Shown here piece by piece: positions 21,212-30,403 of a stretch of DNA of 64,000 nucleotides. The stretch's first letter is position 1. The number at the start of each line of letters is the position of its first letter. Source of the stretch: an uncultured Sulfuricella sp. (GTDB lineage: Bacteria > Pseudomonadota > Gammaproteobacteria > Burkholderiales > Sulfuricellaceae); contig CAYLMA010000001.1 of assembly GCA_964384915.1 (NCBI GenBank), positions 120,225 to 184,224 of the forward strand, in the 5' to 3' direction. The position numbers and the translations under genes are program-made. The notes under the pieces were generated by a model that was given only the letters and a program-made list of their open reading frames with translations, was not told the origin of the DNA and made no database searches.

Positions 21212-21232
21212 GGTGGTAAGGAGAACGGCGCA

Positions 21233-22126
21233 TTACCCGCGCGGATGGTGCACGGCATGCAGCCGCTTCAAGCGCTCCCGCGCCACGTGGGTGTAAATCT
21301 GGGTGGTGGAAATATCGGAGTGCCCCAGCAACATCTGCACCACTCTCAAATCAGCGCCGTGATTGAGCAAATGGGTGGCGAAGGCATGGCGCAGGGTGTG
21401 CGGCGAGAGATCACTGGACAAACCCGCCTGGGCGGCATAGCGCTTGATGAGATACCAGAATGCCTGACGCGTCATGGCGCCGCCACGCTGGGTCGCGAAT
21501 ACCGCAGCGCAAGCGTGGCCCGCCAGCAAGGCGGGGCGGGCCTCGGCCAGATAGCGCCGCAGCCAGTCCAGCGCTTCCGCGCCGAGCGGCACCAGGCGCT
21601 CCTTGGAACCCTTCCCCATGACCCGCACCACGCCCATCTCCAGGCTCAGCCCCTGCAGCGGCAAAGCCACCAGTTCCGACACGCGCAGCCCGGTGGCATA
21701 GAGGGTTTCCAGCATGGCCCTGTCGCGCAGGCCGAGAGGCTGAGCGATGTCAGGCGCATTCAGCAAGGCCTCGACGTCCGCTTCACTCAAAGACTTGGGC
21801 AAGGCACGCGGCAATTTTGGCATCTCGATGAGCAGGGTTGGGTCCGAAAGAACCTTACCCTGACGCAACTGGTAGCGGTAAAAGCGCCGCAGGCTGGAGA
21901 GCAGGCGGCTGCTCGTGGCGGCTTTGAGGTGTGCCGCAAACTGGTGCGACAGATAAGCGAGCAGATCCGCCTTGCCCGCATCCAGCAGATTCAAATGCCG
22001 CTCGCCCTCAAGCCACGCGGCAAACTGGCTGAGATCACGCCGGTAGCTTTCCAGCGTGTTGCGCGCCAGGCCCTCTTCGAGCCACAGCGCGTCGCAAAAC
22101 TCATCCAGCAGTTCGGAGTTGGGCAT
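21233..22126 (-). CDS. xerD: Site-specific tyrosine recombinase XerD
   Basis: MPNSELLDEFCDALWLEEGLARNTLESYRRDL, HTLRHAFATHLL, LLGHSDISTTQIYTHV. About 298 aa from the internal ATG; the upstream track extension is off-frame ogt sequence. Confidence 0.9.
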   Translation of the reverse strand: MPNSELLDEFCDALWLEEGLARNTLESYRRDLSQFAAWLEGERHLNLLDAGKADLLAYLSHQFAAHLKAATSSRLLSSLRRFYRYQLRQGKVLSDPTLLIEMPKLPRALPKSLSEADVEALLNAPDIAQPLGLRDRAMLETLYATGLRVSELVALPLQGLSLEMGVVRVMGKGSKERLVPLGAEALDWLRRYLAEARPALLAGHACAAVFATQRGGAMTRQAFWYLIKRYAAQAGLSSDLSPHTLRHAFATHLLNHGADLRVVQMLLGHSDISTTQIYTHVARERLKRLHAVHHPRG

Positions 22127-22583
22127 GCTCATGCTCCAGCAACCAGCGTTTGATCTGCAGCGGGCCGCCGTCTGCGTGATGCATGAAACCACCCAGGCCT
22201 GTCTTGGCCAGCACGCGGTGGCAGGGAATAATAACGGGAATGGGATTGGCGCCACACGCCTGGCCGACCGCACGCGGCGCGGAGCCAAGCTGGTTTGCCA
22301 GCGCGCCATAACTTTCCGACTTGCCGGAGGGAATCCCCAGCAGCGCCTGCCACACCCTGTGCTGATAGGGCGTGCCATGTGGACGAAGCGGAAGGTCGAA
22401 GCAGAAACTCGGGTCGGCGACATAGGCTTGCAACTGGGCGCAGGCCTCCCGCGCCAGTGGCGTTATTGCCCGCAGGCGTGGCGTTTCGATGGGCAGAAAA
22501 TCGATGCCCGTCAGATGATCACCCTCGGTTATGACACCCAGCACGCCGAAAGGCATGGCCAGCCGCGCATGGTAGATTTTCAA
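22101..22583 (-). CDS. ogt: Methylated-DNA-protein-cysteine methyltransferase
   Basis: Active-site IPCHRV and YGALANQLGSAPRAVGQACGANP. Its 3' end overlaps the xerD start. Confidence 0.85.
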   Translation of the reverse strand: MKIYHARLAMPFGVLGVITEGDHLTGIDFLPIETPRLRAITPLAREACAQLQAYVADPSFCFDLPLRPHGTPYQHRVWQALLGIPSGKSESYGALANQLGSAPRAVGQACGANPIPVIIPCHRVLAKTGLGGFMHHADGGPLQIKRWLLEHEHAQLRTAG

Positions 22584-22625
22584 GACTGCTGCTCCAGTGC
22601 CCTCACCTCACTATTGATCCGGCCA

Positions 22626-22712
22626 TTTAATGTTTGAACTGTAGGTCGGACTTCAGTCCGATTTGTCGGGCTAAAGCCCGACCTACAACTGAAATAAGTT
22701 CTGGCCGGATTA
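22626..22712. repeat. REP-like repeat family C, dimer copy
   Basis: tgtaggtcggacttcagtccgatttgtcgggctaaagcccgacctaca, with flanks matching the copy at 19137-19206. Confidence 0.75.
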
Positions 22713-22734
22713 TCCTGAATTAAGGTGCACGGTC

Positions 22735-22810
22735 TTTGCGAGCGTAGCGAAGCAATCTTGTTTCTCAATGAGTTGCGAGATTGCTTCGTCTCTTCGTTCT
22801 TCGCAATGAC
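22735..22810. repeat. Palindromic repeat family B, second copy
   Basis: ctttgcgagcgtagcgaagcaatct pairs with agattgcttcgtctcttcgttcttcgcaatgac. Same motif set as 15468-15543. Confidence 0.75.
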
Positions 22811-22959
22811 GGGACTGCGGAACAAATTTGGGACGGGAGGTGCTGGAAAATAAGGGCGAAAAAAATAGCGCATCGCGCCATTCTAATGTATTCGTGGGGA
22901 GATTGTGCGGCCTCCCCGCCACCCGGCGCGGGCCGGGCAGCAGGAAAACCAGCGGGGTA

Positions 22960-23334
22960 TTACTCTGCCGCCTGTTTGCGGTTAGGCAGTTTTTCCTTGA
23001 TACGCGCGGACTTGCCGGAGCGGTCGCGCAGGTAGTACAGCTTGGCGCGGCGCACATCACCGCGGCGTTTCACCTCGATGCTCGCCACCAGCGGGGAGTA
23101 GGTCTGGAAAGTACGCTCCACGCCCTCGCCGGAAGAAATTTTGCGCACGATGAAAGCGGAATTCAAGCCGCGATTGCGCTTGGCAATCACCACGCCTTCA
23201 TAGGCCTGCAGACGCTCGCGGGTGCCTTCCTTCACTTTGACCTGCACCACCACGGTGTCGCCGGGGGCAAAAGCGGGAATGGTTTTACCCAGGCGGGCAA
23301 TTTCTTCCTGTTCCAGTTGTTCGATGATATTCAT
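22960..23334 (-). CDS. rplS: 50S ribosomal protein L19
   Basis: [11 protein letters not shown]...[30 protein letters not shown] is typical L19. Confidence 0.97.
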   Translation of the reverse strand: MNIIEQLEQEEIARLGKTIPAFAPGDTVVVQVKVKEGTRERLQAYEGVVIAKRNRGLNSAFIVRKISSGEGVERTFQTYSPLVASIEVKRRGDVRRAKLYYLRDRSGKSARIKEKLPNRKQAAE

Positions 23335-23346
23335 GTTTGCTTCCTT

Positions 23347-24129
23347 TTATTTTACGGCGTCTTGTTCCTGCTGATACTCCGTCAGCAGCCGAGACTCCTC
23401 TTTGGTCAACTGGCGTTTTGCCAGCATATCAGGGCGGCGTTGCCAGGTGCGTCCAAGCGCCTGTTTCAGCCGCCACTTTTGTATCAGGGCGTGGTTCCCG
23501 GACATCAGCACTTCCGGGACACGCTCACCCTGATAAATCTCGGGCCGGGTATAGTGCGGAAAATCCAGCAAGCCGTTCACAAACGAATCCTGCTCGGCCG
23601 ATTCCGCATCGCCCAGCACCCCCGGCAATTGCCGGATAATGCTATCCATCAGCACCATGGCGGGAAGTTCTCCTCCCGAAAGCACATAGTCGCCGATGGA
23701 AATTTCTTCATCCACCTGGCGCTGCAAGAGGCGTTCATCCACCCCCTCGTAACGCCCGGCAAGTAAAATCAGTCCGCCCGTACCCACCAGATCCATCACC
23801 AGGGCATGATCGAGCAATCTTCCCTGCGGCGAGAGATAAACCACCCGGGTTTGCTCCGCACCCGCCGCATTTTGGGCCTGCCGTGCCGCCGTGATGGCTT
23901 GTTCCAGCGGCTCCGCCAGCATCACCATGCCCGGGCCGCCGCCGTAAGGCCGGTCATCCACCGTGCGGTAGTTGTTGCTGGTGAAATCGCGCGGATTCCA
24001 CAGCCGCAACTGGTAGCTGGACTGTTCCTGCGCCCGCCGCGTGATGCCGCTCGCGGTGACAGCTTCAAACATCTGAGGAAACAGGGTAACGACATCGAAC
24101 TGGTAAGGCGTCACCAATCCAGACCCCAC
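23347..24129 (-). CDS. trmD: tRNA (guanine37-N1)-methyltransferase TrmD
   Basis: [33 protein letters not shown]. Exact start uncertain (overlaps the rimM end). Confidence 0.93.
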   Translation of the reverse strand: MGSGLVTPYQFDVVTLFPQMFEAVTASGITRRAQEQSSYQLRLWNPRDFTSNNYRTVDDRPYGGGPGMVMLAEPLEQAITAARQAQNAAGAEQTRVVYLSPQGRLLDHALVMDLVGTGGLILLAGRYEGVDERLLQRQVDEEISIGDYVLSGGELPAMVLMDSIIRQLPGVLGDAESAEQDSFVNGLLDFPHYTRPEIYQGERVPEVLMSGNHALIQKWRLKQALGRTWQRRPDMLAKRQLTKEESRLLTEYQQEQDAVK

Positions 24130-24620
24130 TCCACCCGGATCGTGCCCGCAGCCAGATCCACTTCCTGTATCACTTGCGGCACGAAAGGAATCAGTCTTTC
24201 GCGATCACCCTGTACCACCAGCACGTCATTGGCGCCCGTTTCCAGCAGTTCGCTGACCTTGCCCAAGGCCTGCTGCTCGGTGTTAAATACGCTCAAGCCG
24301 ATCAGGTCAGACCAGTAATATTCGTTTGCCGCAGGCTCGGGCAACGCATCGCGGGGAACTGCAATCTCACTGCCGCGCAATGCGGCAGCAGCGTCCCGGT
24401 CATCGCAGCCGGCAAGGTGCACCACCAGCGACTTGCTGTGCACCTCGGAATCCAGCACAACAACTTCGCGCCATTGGCCATTCTTCCCCAGCCACCATGA
24501 GGGGTAGTCGAGCAGGCTATCCGTGTATTCGGTATGCGCGTGGATTTTGACCCAGCCGCGCACTCCGAACGGGACGCCGACGCCCCCCATGACAACGAGG
24601 TGATCGGGTTGCTGCGCCAC
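24111..24620 (-). CDS. rimM: 16S rRNA processing protein RimM
   Basis: [12 protein letters not shown] plus PRC-barrel C-terminus, in the conserved rpsP-rimM-trmD-rplS order. Confidence 0.9.
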   Translation of the reverse strand: MAQQPDHLVVMGGVGVPFGVRGWVKIHAHTEYTDSLLDYPSWWLGKNGQWREVVVLDSEVHSKSLVVHLAGCDDRDAAAALRGSEIAVPRDALPEPAANEYYWSDLIGLSVFNTEQQALGKVSELLETGANDVLVVQGDRERLIPFVPQVIQEVDLAAGTIRVEWGLDW

Positions 24621-24653
24621 CTGTTGCTCAGACTGCGGAAAAGACCGAATTAT

Positions 24654-24905
24654 TTAGGCTGCCGCGACTGCGGCGCGCTTAACCAGCTTCGCCACTGCGT
24701 CGCTCAGTTGCGCACCCTTGCTTTGCCAATAAGCAACGCGTTCGGAATCGATGCGCATGCCTTCCTGGCCCTCTTGCGCCAGCGGGTTGTAAAAACCCAC
24801 GCGCTCGATGAAACGGCCGTCGCGACGCTCGCGAGAATCAGCCACCACCAGATTGTAGAATGGGCGCTTTTTGGCGCCGCCACGGGCGAGTCGAATGATA
24901 ACCAT
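24654..24905 (-). CDS. rpsP: 30S ribosomal protein S16
   Basis: [25 protein letters not shown] is typical S16. Confidence 0.97.
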   Translation of the reverse strand: MVIIRLARGGAKKRPFYNLVVADSRERRDGRFIERVGFYNPLAQEGQEGMRIDSERVAYWQSKGAQLSDAVAKLVKRAAVAAA

Positions 24906-24976
24906 AGTTTCAGCCTACTTAAATTCTTGAAAAAGAGCGCGATTTTACGACATTCCGGGCACAGATTGCAAGGACG

Positions 24977-26329
24977 TTATCGCATGCCGGGCAGAATGCC
25001 TTTCATGCCGCGCATCATTTTTGCCATGCCCCCGCCCTTGGAGAACATTTTCATCATTTTCTGGGTTTGCTCGAACTGGCTTAACAGGCGGTTCACATCC
25101 TGCACCTGAACCCCCGCACCCGCGGCGATGCGCCGTTTTCGCGAAGCCTTGATGAGCTCCGGCTTGCGCCGTTCCTGCGGGGTCATGGAATTGATGATGC
25201 CTTCCAGGCGGCCCACCATCTTGTCGTTGACCTGGGCATCGCCCGCCATCTGACCCAACTGCCCGGGCAGCTTGTCCATGACGGCGGCCATGCCACCCAT
25301 TTTCTTCATTTGCTGCATCTGCTGTTTGAAATCCTCGAGATCAAAGCTCTTGCCGGACTTGAGCTTCTTCGCCAGCTTTTGCGCTTCTTCCTGGTCCACG
25401 CCGCGCTGCGCATCCTCGATCAACGACAACACGTCACCCATGCCCAGCACGCGGGAGGCCATGCGGTCCGGATAGAACGCTTCCAGGCCGCCCGACTTCT
25501 CGCCCACGCCGACAAATTTGATCGGCTTGCCGGTGACATGCCGCACCGACAGCGCCGCTCCGCCCCGCGCATCGCCGTCCAGCTTGGTCAAAATCACGCC
25601 GGTGAGCGGAAGCGCTTCGCTGAAGGCACGGGCGGTATTCACCGCATCCTGGCCCTGCATCGCATCGACCACGAACAGGGTTTCCACCGGGTCAAGCGCC
25701 GCATGCAGATGCTTGATCTCCCCCATCATGGCCTCATCGATCGCCAGCCGGCCGGCCGTATCGACGATCACGACATCGAAAAAATGTTTGCGTGCGAAAT
25801 CTACCGCATCAAGGGCAATCTGCTCCGGCTGCTGCCCGGCATCCGAAGGGAAAAAGTCCGTTTCCAACTGCTGCGCCAGGGTTTTCAACTGCTCTATGGC
25901 TGCCGGCCGATAAACGTCACAGCTGGTCAGCAGCACTTTTTTCTTCATCTGCTCGCGCAGAAATTTTGCCAGCTTCCCCGCCGTCGTGGTTTTCCCCGCG
26001 CCCTGCAAGCCCGCCAGCAAAATGACTGCGGGGGGGCGCGCCGCCAGATTGAGGGTGGCATTGTGCTCACCCATGAGGCGGGTCAACTCTTCGTAAACCA
26101 CCTGCACCACCGCCTGCCCCGGCGTCAGGCTGGACAGCACTTCCTGGCCGAGCGCCCGCTCCCTGACCTGGGCGATGAAGTCCTTCACCACCGGCAGCGC
26201 CACGTCCGCCTCCAGCAAGGCCATGCGAACTTCACGCAAGGCATCCTGGATATTGGCTTCGGTCAATCGCGCCTGGCCGCGCAGGTTTTTTATGACGCCG
26301 GAAAGGCGCTGAGAAAGATTGTCAAACAT
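24977..26329 (-). CDS. ffh: Signal recognition particle protein Ffh
   Basis: MFDNLSQRL, GLQGAGKTT, DTAGR, Met-rich M domain. Confidence 0.97.
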   Translation of the reverse strand: MFDNLSQRLSGVIKNLRGQARLTEANIQDALREVRMALLEADVALPVVKDFIAQVRERALGQEVLSSLTPGQAVVQVVYEELTRLMGEHNATLNLAARPPAVILLAGLQGAGKTTTAGKLAKFLREQMKKKVLLTSCDVYRPAAIEQLKTLAQQLETDFFPSDAGQQPEQIALDAVDFARKHFFDVVIVDTAGRLAIDEAMMGEIKHLHAALDPVETLFVVDAMQGQDAVNTARAFSEALPLTGVILTKLDGDARGGAALSVRHVTGKPIKFVGVGEKSGGLEAFYPDRMASRVLGMGDVLSLIEDAQRGVDQEEAQKLAKKLKSGKSFDLEDFKQQMQQMKKMGGMAAVMDKLPGQLGQMAGDAQVNDKMVGRLEGIINSMTPQERRKPELIKASRKRRIAAGAGVQVQDVNRLLSQFEQTQKMMKMFSKGGGMAKMMRGMKGILPGMR

Positions 26330-26407
26330 GTGAATTCCTGGTGCTCATCGTGTTGCCGCCGGAAGCGGTTAGTGTAGAATCGGAAAAACTGAATTTTATC
26401 CCAAACC

Positions 26408-27226
26408 ATGCCGGAATTATTACCTCTTTTCCTGACTGCCTTTCTCTATGCCGGACTCGGCGCCTATTTCTGGCGCGCGCTTTGGCTCGGGGCGAATACC
26501 GCTACAGCGCCCCAAGTTTGGGAAAAACCCGCCATTTTGCTGCCACTGCTGTTCCATGCATGGCTGTTGCTGCAATTTATCATTCAACCGGACGGGATCA
26601 AACTTGGCGTTGGACATGCAATATCCGCCATCGCCTGGCTCACGGTTCTAGTGTACTGGCTAGGCAGCCTGCGCAACAATCTGGGATGCCTGCAGGGCTT
26701 TGTGCTGCCTTTTGCGGCCATCAGTCTGGCCGCCCCCTTGGTTTTCCCTGCCTCCCATACCCTGCTGCATACCGAACAAACCCTGTTCAAGGTGCATTTA
26801 TTTATCGCCAGCCTTGCCTACAGCCTGTTTACCATCGCCGCCATGCATGCCCTTCTGATGGCAATGGCGGAACGCCATCTCCATCATTCCAGGTCGTTTT
26901 CGACCCTGCTGCAAAGGCTCCCGCCGTTGCTCACCATGGAGCATCTTTTATTCCGCATCCTGTGGGCAGGCTTCGCCCTGCTTACCCTCACGCTGGCCAG
27001 CGGCATGCTGTTTTCCGAAGAATTATTTGGCAAGGCACTGCAACTCAGCCACAAAACCATATTTGCATTAATTTCGTGGGGCATTTATGCCGCTCTGCTG
27101 GGCGGGCGCCTGCGTTATGGCTGGCGCGGACGTACTGCCATACGCTGGACGCTGAGCGGGTTCATGGCTCTGTTGTTGGCTTATATCGGCAGCAAATTCG
27201 TACTCGAAATCATTCTTGGCCGTTGA
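26408..27226 (+). CDS. Cytochrome c assembly family inner-membrane protein (YpjD-like)
   Basis: Polytopic membrane protein divergent from ffh, the same arrangement as ypjD-ffh in enterobacteria. Confidence 0.7.
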   Translation: MPELLPLFLTAFLYAGLGAYFWRALWLGANTATAPQVWEKPAILLPLLFHAWLLLQFIIQPDGIKLGVGHAISAIAWLTVLVYWLGSLRNNLGCLQGFVLPFAAISLAAPLVFPASHTLLHTEQTLFKVHLFIASLAYSLFTIAAMHALLMAMAERHLHHSRSFSTLLQRLPPLLTMEHLLFRILWAGFALLTLTLASGMLFSEELFGKALQLSHKTIFALISWGIYAALLGGRLRYGWRGRTAIRWTLSGFMALLLAYIGSKFVLEIILGR

Positions 27227-27295
27227 ATAAAAAAATAAACACATATCAGGGCCTCAAAACCTCACCAGTTTTTCATCGCATAAGGATTCCGTCCC

Positions 27296-28573
27296 TTGGA
27301 CGACACCCCCATTAGCGTGCTGTTAGGCGCGCTTATCGTTCTGCTGATCCTTTCGGGTTTTTTTTCCATCTCCGAAACCAGCATGATGGCACTCAACCGT
27401 TACCGCCTGAAACATCTTGCCCAATCCGGCAACCGTGGCGCCAAGCTCACCACCCAATTGCTGGCCCGAACCGACAAGCTGCTCGGCGTGATCCTGCTGG
27501 GCAACAACCTGATTAACGCGGCATCCGCAACCCTGGTCACCATCATCACCGTCCGCCTGGTCGGCGAAGGAGAGCTGGCCCTGTCCATCAGCACACTGGT
27601 GGTCACTTTTGCCATTCTGGTATTCAGCGAAATCACACCCAAAATCATGGGGGCGGCCTATCCTGAGCGGATCGCGCTGCCGCTGAGTTTCGTGCTTACC
27701 CCCCTGCTGAAACTGTTTTACCCCATCGTATGGTTCGTCAACCTGTTCGTTCAGGCTCTGTTATGGGTCCTGCGCCTGAAACCCGGCGGCGAGGCTGCCA
27801 GCAGCTTGAGCCTGGAGGAATTACGCACACTGGTGCTGGAGGCCGGACACTACATCCCGCAAAAACATCAGAGCATCCTGATCAACCTGTTCGGGCTGGA
27901 AAACATCACCGTGGATGATGTCATGACGCCGCGCAACCAGATCGAGGCCATCGACATTGATGCACCAGCGGAAGAAATCCGCCGCCAGCTTTCCACCAGC
28001 CACCACACCCGCATCCTGGTTTACCAGGGGCAACTGGATAACATCATCGGCCTGGTCCATGTGCGCAAAGTGCTGCACCAGACCCAGACTGGAGAACTTG
28101 ACGCCGACGCGTTGCGCGACATCTTGCACGAACCCTATTTCATCCCCGCCGGCACCGCCTTGTTTACCCAATTGCAGCATTTCCAGGAAAACCAGCGCCG
28201 CCTCGGCATGGTCGTCGACGAATATGGCGAACTGCTTGGGCTGGTCAGCCTGGAAGATATTCTGGAAGAAATTGTGGGCGAATTCACCACCCACGCCCCG
28301 GCCCAGGGCAGCACCTATCGCCGCCAGGATGACGGCAGCTGGCTGGTGGACGGAAGCAGCCAGCTACGCGACCTGAACCGCAAGCTGGGGCTGCAATTTC
28401 CGCTGGATGGGCCAAAAACCCTGAACGGCCTGATTCTCGAGCATCTGGAAGACATCCCGGAAGCCGGCATCAGCCTGAAAATTTCCGGCGTGGCCCTGGA
28501 AATCATGCAAACCCAGGACCGCTCGGTAAAGGGAGTCAGAATCTTCCCCGCAGCCAGCAGGGCTGAGCAATAG
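27296..28573 (+). CDS. CNNM/CorC-family transporter (DUF21-CBS pair-CorC_HlyC)
   Basis: N-terminal 4-TM DUF21 (FFSISETSMMALNRYRLKHL), CBS region, C-terminal CorC/HlyC domain. TTG start at 27296 not verified. Confidence 0.85.
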   Translation: MDDTPISVLLGALIVLLILSGFFSISETSMMALNRYRLKHLAQSGNRGAKLTTQLLARTDKLLGVILLGNNLINAASATLVTIITVRLVGEGELALSISTLVVTFAILVFSEITPKIMGAAYPERIALPLSFVLTPLLKLFYPIVWFVNLFVQALLWVLRLKPGGEAASSLSLEELRTLVLEAGHYIPQKHQSILINLFGLENITVDDVMTPRNQIEAIDIDAPAEEIRRQLSTSHHTRILVYQGQLDNIIGLVHVRKVLHQTQTGELDADALRDILHEPYFIPAGTALFTQLQHFQENQRRLGMVVDEYGELLGLVSLEDILEEIVGEFTTHAPAQGSTYRRQDDGSWLVDGSSQLRDLNRKLGLQFPLDGPKTLNGLILEHLEDIPEAGISLKISGVALEIMQTQDRSVKGVRIFPAASRAEQ

Positions 28574-28650
28574 CGCCGCCCGCCTTTACAAAAAAACATG
28601 CAGGGGGCATCATTTGGCAATAATTCCACATACGGGGCAAAGAACTCAAG

Positions 28651-30375
28651 ATGGTCGCTGCAACGGTTTCAACTGGATTAAGCGGTCTGGCTCGCTCCCT
28701 GGTTCAACAGGGTCTGTTGATTGACGCCGACGCCGATGCGATCCAGGCACAGGCTAGCGCCTCCAAAGTCAGCTTTGTCAGCCAGCTGATTCAAAGCAAC
28801 AAGCTGAATGCCCTGCAAATCGCCGAGTTTGCCTCGCAGAATTTCGGCTTTCCTCTACTCGATCTGAGCGCTGTTGACGCCGACCATCTGCCCAAGGGCG
28901 TACTGGACGCCTCGATCGTACAAAGCCGGCGCATTCTCGCCCTGTACCAGCGCGGCACTCATCTTTTTATCGCCACGTCCGACCCCACCAACCTGCAGAC
29001 GCTCAATGATGTCCGCTTTCAAACCAACCACAGCGTCGAACAGGTGGTGGTGGAGGACAACAAACTTGGCAAGCTGATCGAAAAATTTGTCGAATCCAGC
29101 GACACGTCGATGAAAAGCCTGGATGTCGAAGACATCGGCGACCTCGAATTCACTGACGACGAAACTCAGGCAAAGGCAAGGCAGGACGAAAGCGCCAGCG
29201 CAGAGATCGACGATGCCCCGGTAGTCAAATACCTGCAGAAAATTCTCATGGACGCGATCAATGGCGGCGCATCCGATATTCACTTCGAACCCTATGAGAA
29301 GTTTTACCGCATTCGCTACCGCACTGACGGCATACTATATGAAGTGGCTCAACCCCCTCTCGCCATCAAGGACAAGATTTCTTCACGCATCAAGGTGATT
29401 TCCAAACTGGATATCGCTGAAAAACGCGTTCCCCAGGATGGGCGGATGAAGCTGGTGCTCTCCAAGAACCGCGCCATCGACTTCCGCGTCAGCACGCTGC
29501 CCACGCTGTATGGCGAGAAGATCGTGATGCGTATTCTCGACCCTTCCAGCGCCACGCTGGGGATTGACGCCCTGGGCTACGATCCGGACCAGAAGGAAGC
29601 CCTGCTCAGCGCGATCGAACGCCCTTATGGCATGGTGCTGGTTACCGGCCCGACCGGTAGCGGAAAAACGGTATCGCTGTATACCTGCCTGAATATTCTC
29701 AACAAGCCGGGCGTCAACATCTCGACCGCCGAAGATCCGGCCGAAATCAACCTGCCCGGCGTCAACCAGGTCAACGTCAACGACAAGGCGGGGCTGACTT
29801 TCGCCGCCGCGCTCAAGTCCTTCCTGCGCCAGGACCCGGACGTGATCATGGTAGGCGAGATCCGCGACCTGGAAACGGCCGACATCGCCATCAAGGCGGC
29901 GCAAACCGGCCATATGGTGCTGTCCACCCTGCACACCAACGACGCACCCGCCACTTTGACGCGGCTGATGAACATGGGCGTGGCGCCTTTCAACATCGCC
30001 TCATCGGTGATCATGATCACCGCCCAGCGGCTGGCGCGCCGTTTATGCAGCTGCAAAAAACCCATCGACATCCCCCGCGAAGCCCTGCTGCGCGCCGGCT
30101 TTACCGAGAATGAACTGGATGGCAGCTGGCAGCCCTACGGCCATGTTGGCTGTGAAAAATGCAAGGGTTCCGGCTACAAGGGCCGGGTCGGCATTTATCA
30201 GGTCATGCCGATCACCGAAGAGATGAGCCGCCTCATCATGAAGAACGGCACCGCCCATGACATCGCCGACCAGGCGCGCCGCGAGGGCGTGCAAGACCTG
30301 CGCCAGGCCGGGCTGCGCAAGGTCAGGGCCGGACTGACCTCGCTGGAAGAAATTGAAGCCGTGACCAACGAGTAA
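28651..30375 (+). CDS. pilB: Type IV pilus assembly ATPase PilB
   Basis: GspE-family ATPase with Walker A GPTGSGKT, Asp/His boxes and a C-terminal tetracysteine (CxxC...CxxC). Confidence 0.93.
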   Translation: MVAATVSTGLSGLARSLVQQGLLIDADADAIQAQASASKVSFVSQLIQSNKLNALQIAEFASQNFGFPLLDLSAVDADHLPKGVLDASIVQSRRILALYQRGTHLFIATSDPTNLQTLNDVRFQTNHSVEQVVVEDNKLGKLIEKFVESSDTSMKSLDVEDIGDLEFTDDETQAKARQDESASAEIDDAPVVKYLQKILMDAINGGASDIHFEPYEKFYRIRYRTDGILYEVAQPPLAIKDKISSRIKVISKLDIAEKRVPQDGRMKLVLSKNRAIDFRVSTLPTLYGEKIVMRILDPSSATLGIDALGYDPDQKEALLSAIERPYGMVLVTGPTGSGKTVSLYTCLNILNKPGVNISTAEDPAEINLPGVNQVNVNDKAGLTFAAALKSFLRQDPDVIMVGEIRDLETADIAIKAAQTGHMVLSTLHTNDAPATLTRLMNMGVAPFNIASSVIMITAQRLARRLCSCKKPIDIPREALLRAGFTENELDGSWQPYGHVGCEKCKGSGYKGRVGIYQVMPITEEMSRLIMKNGTAHDIADQARREGVQDLRQAGLRKVRAGLTSLEEIEAVTNE

Positions 30376-30403
30376 GCGTGACCAACGAAACAGGAAAGCA
30401 CCC

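Noticed and set aside
22580-23060. Minus-strand ORFs of 97 and 116 aa in the rplS-ogt spacer
   Set aside because: They are read-through of family-B and family-C repeats and the rplS antisense region, not genes.
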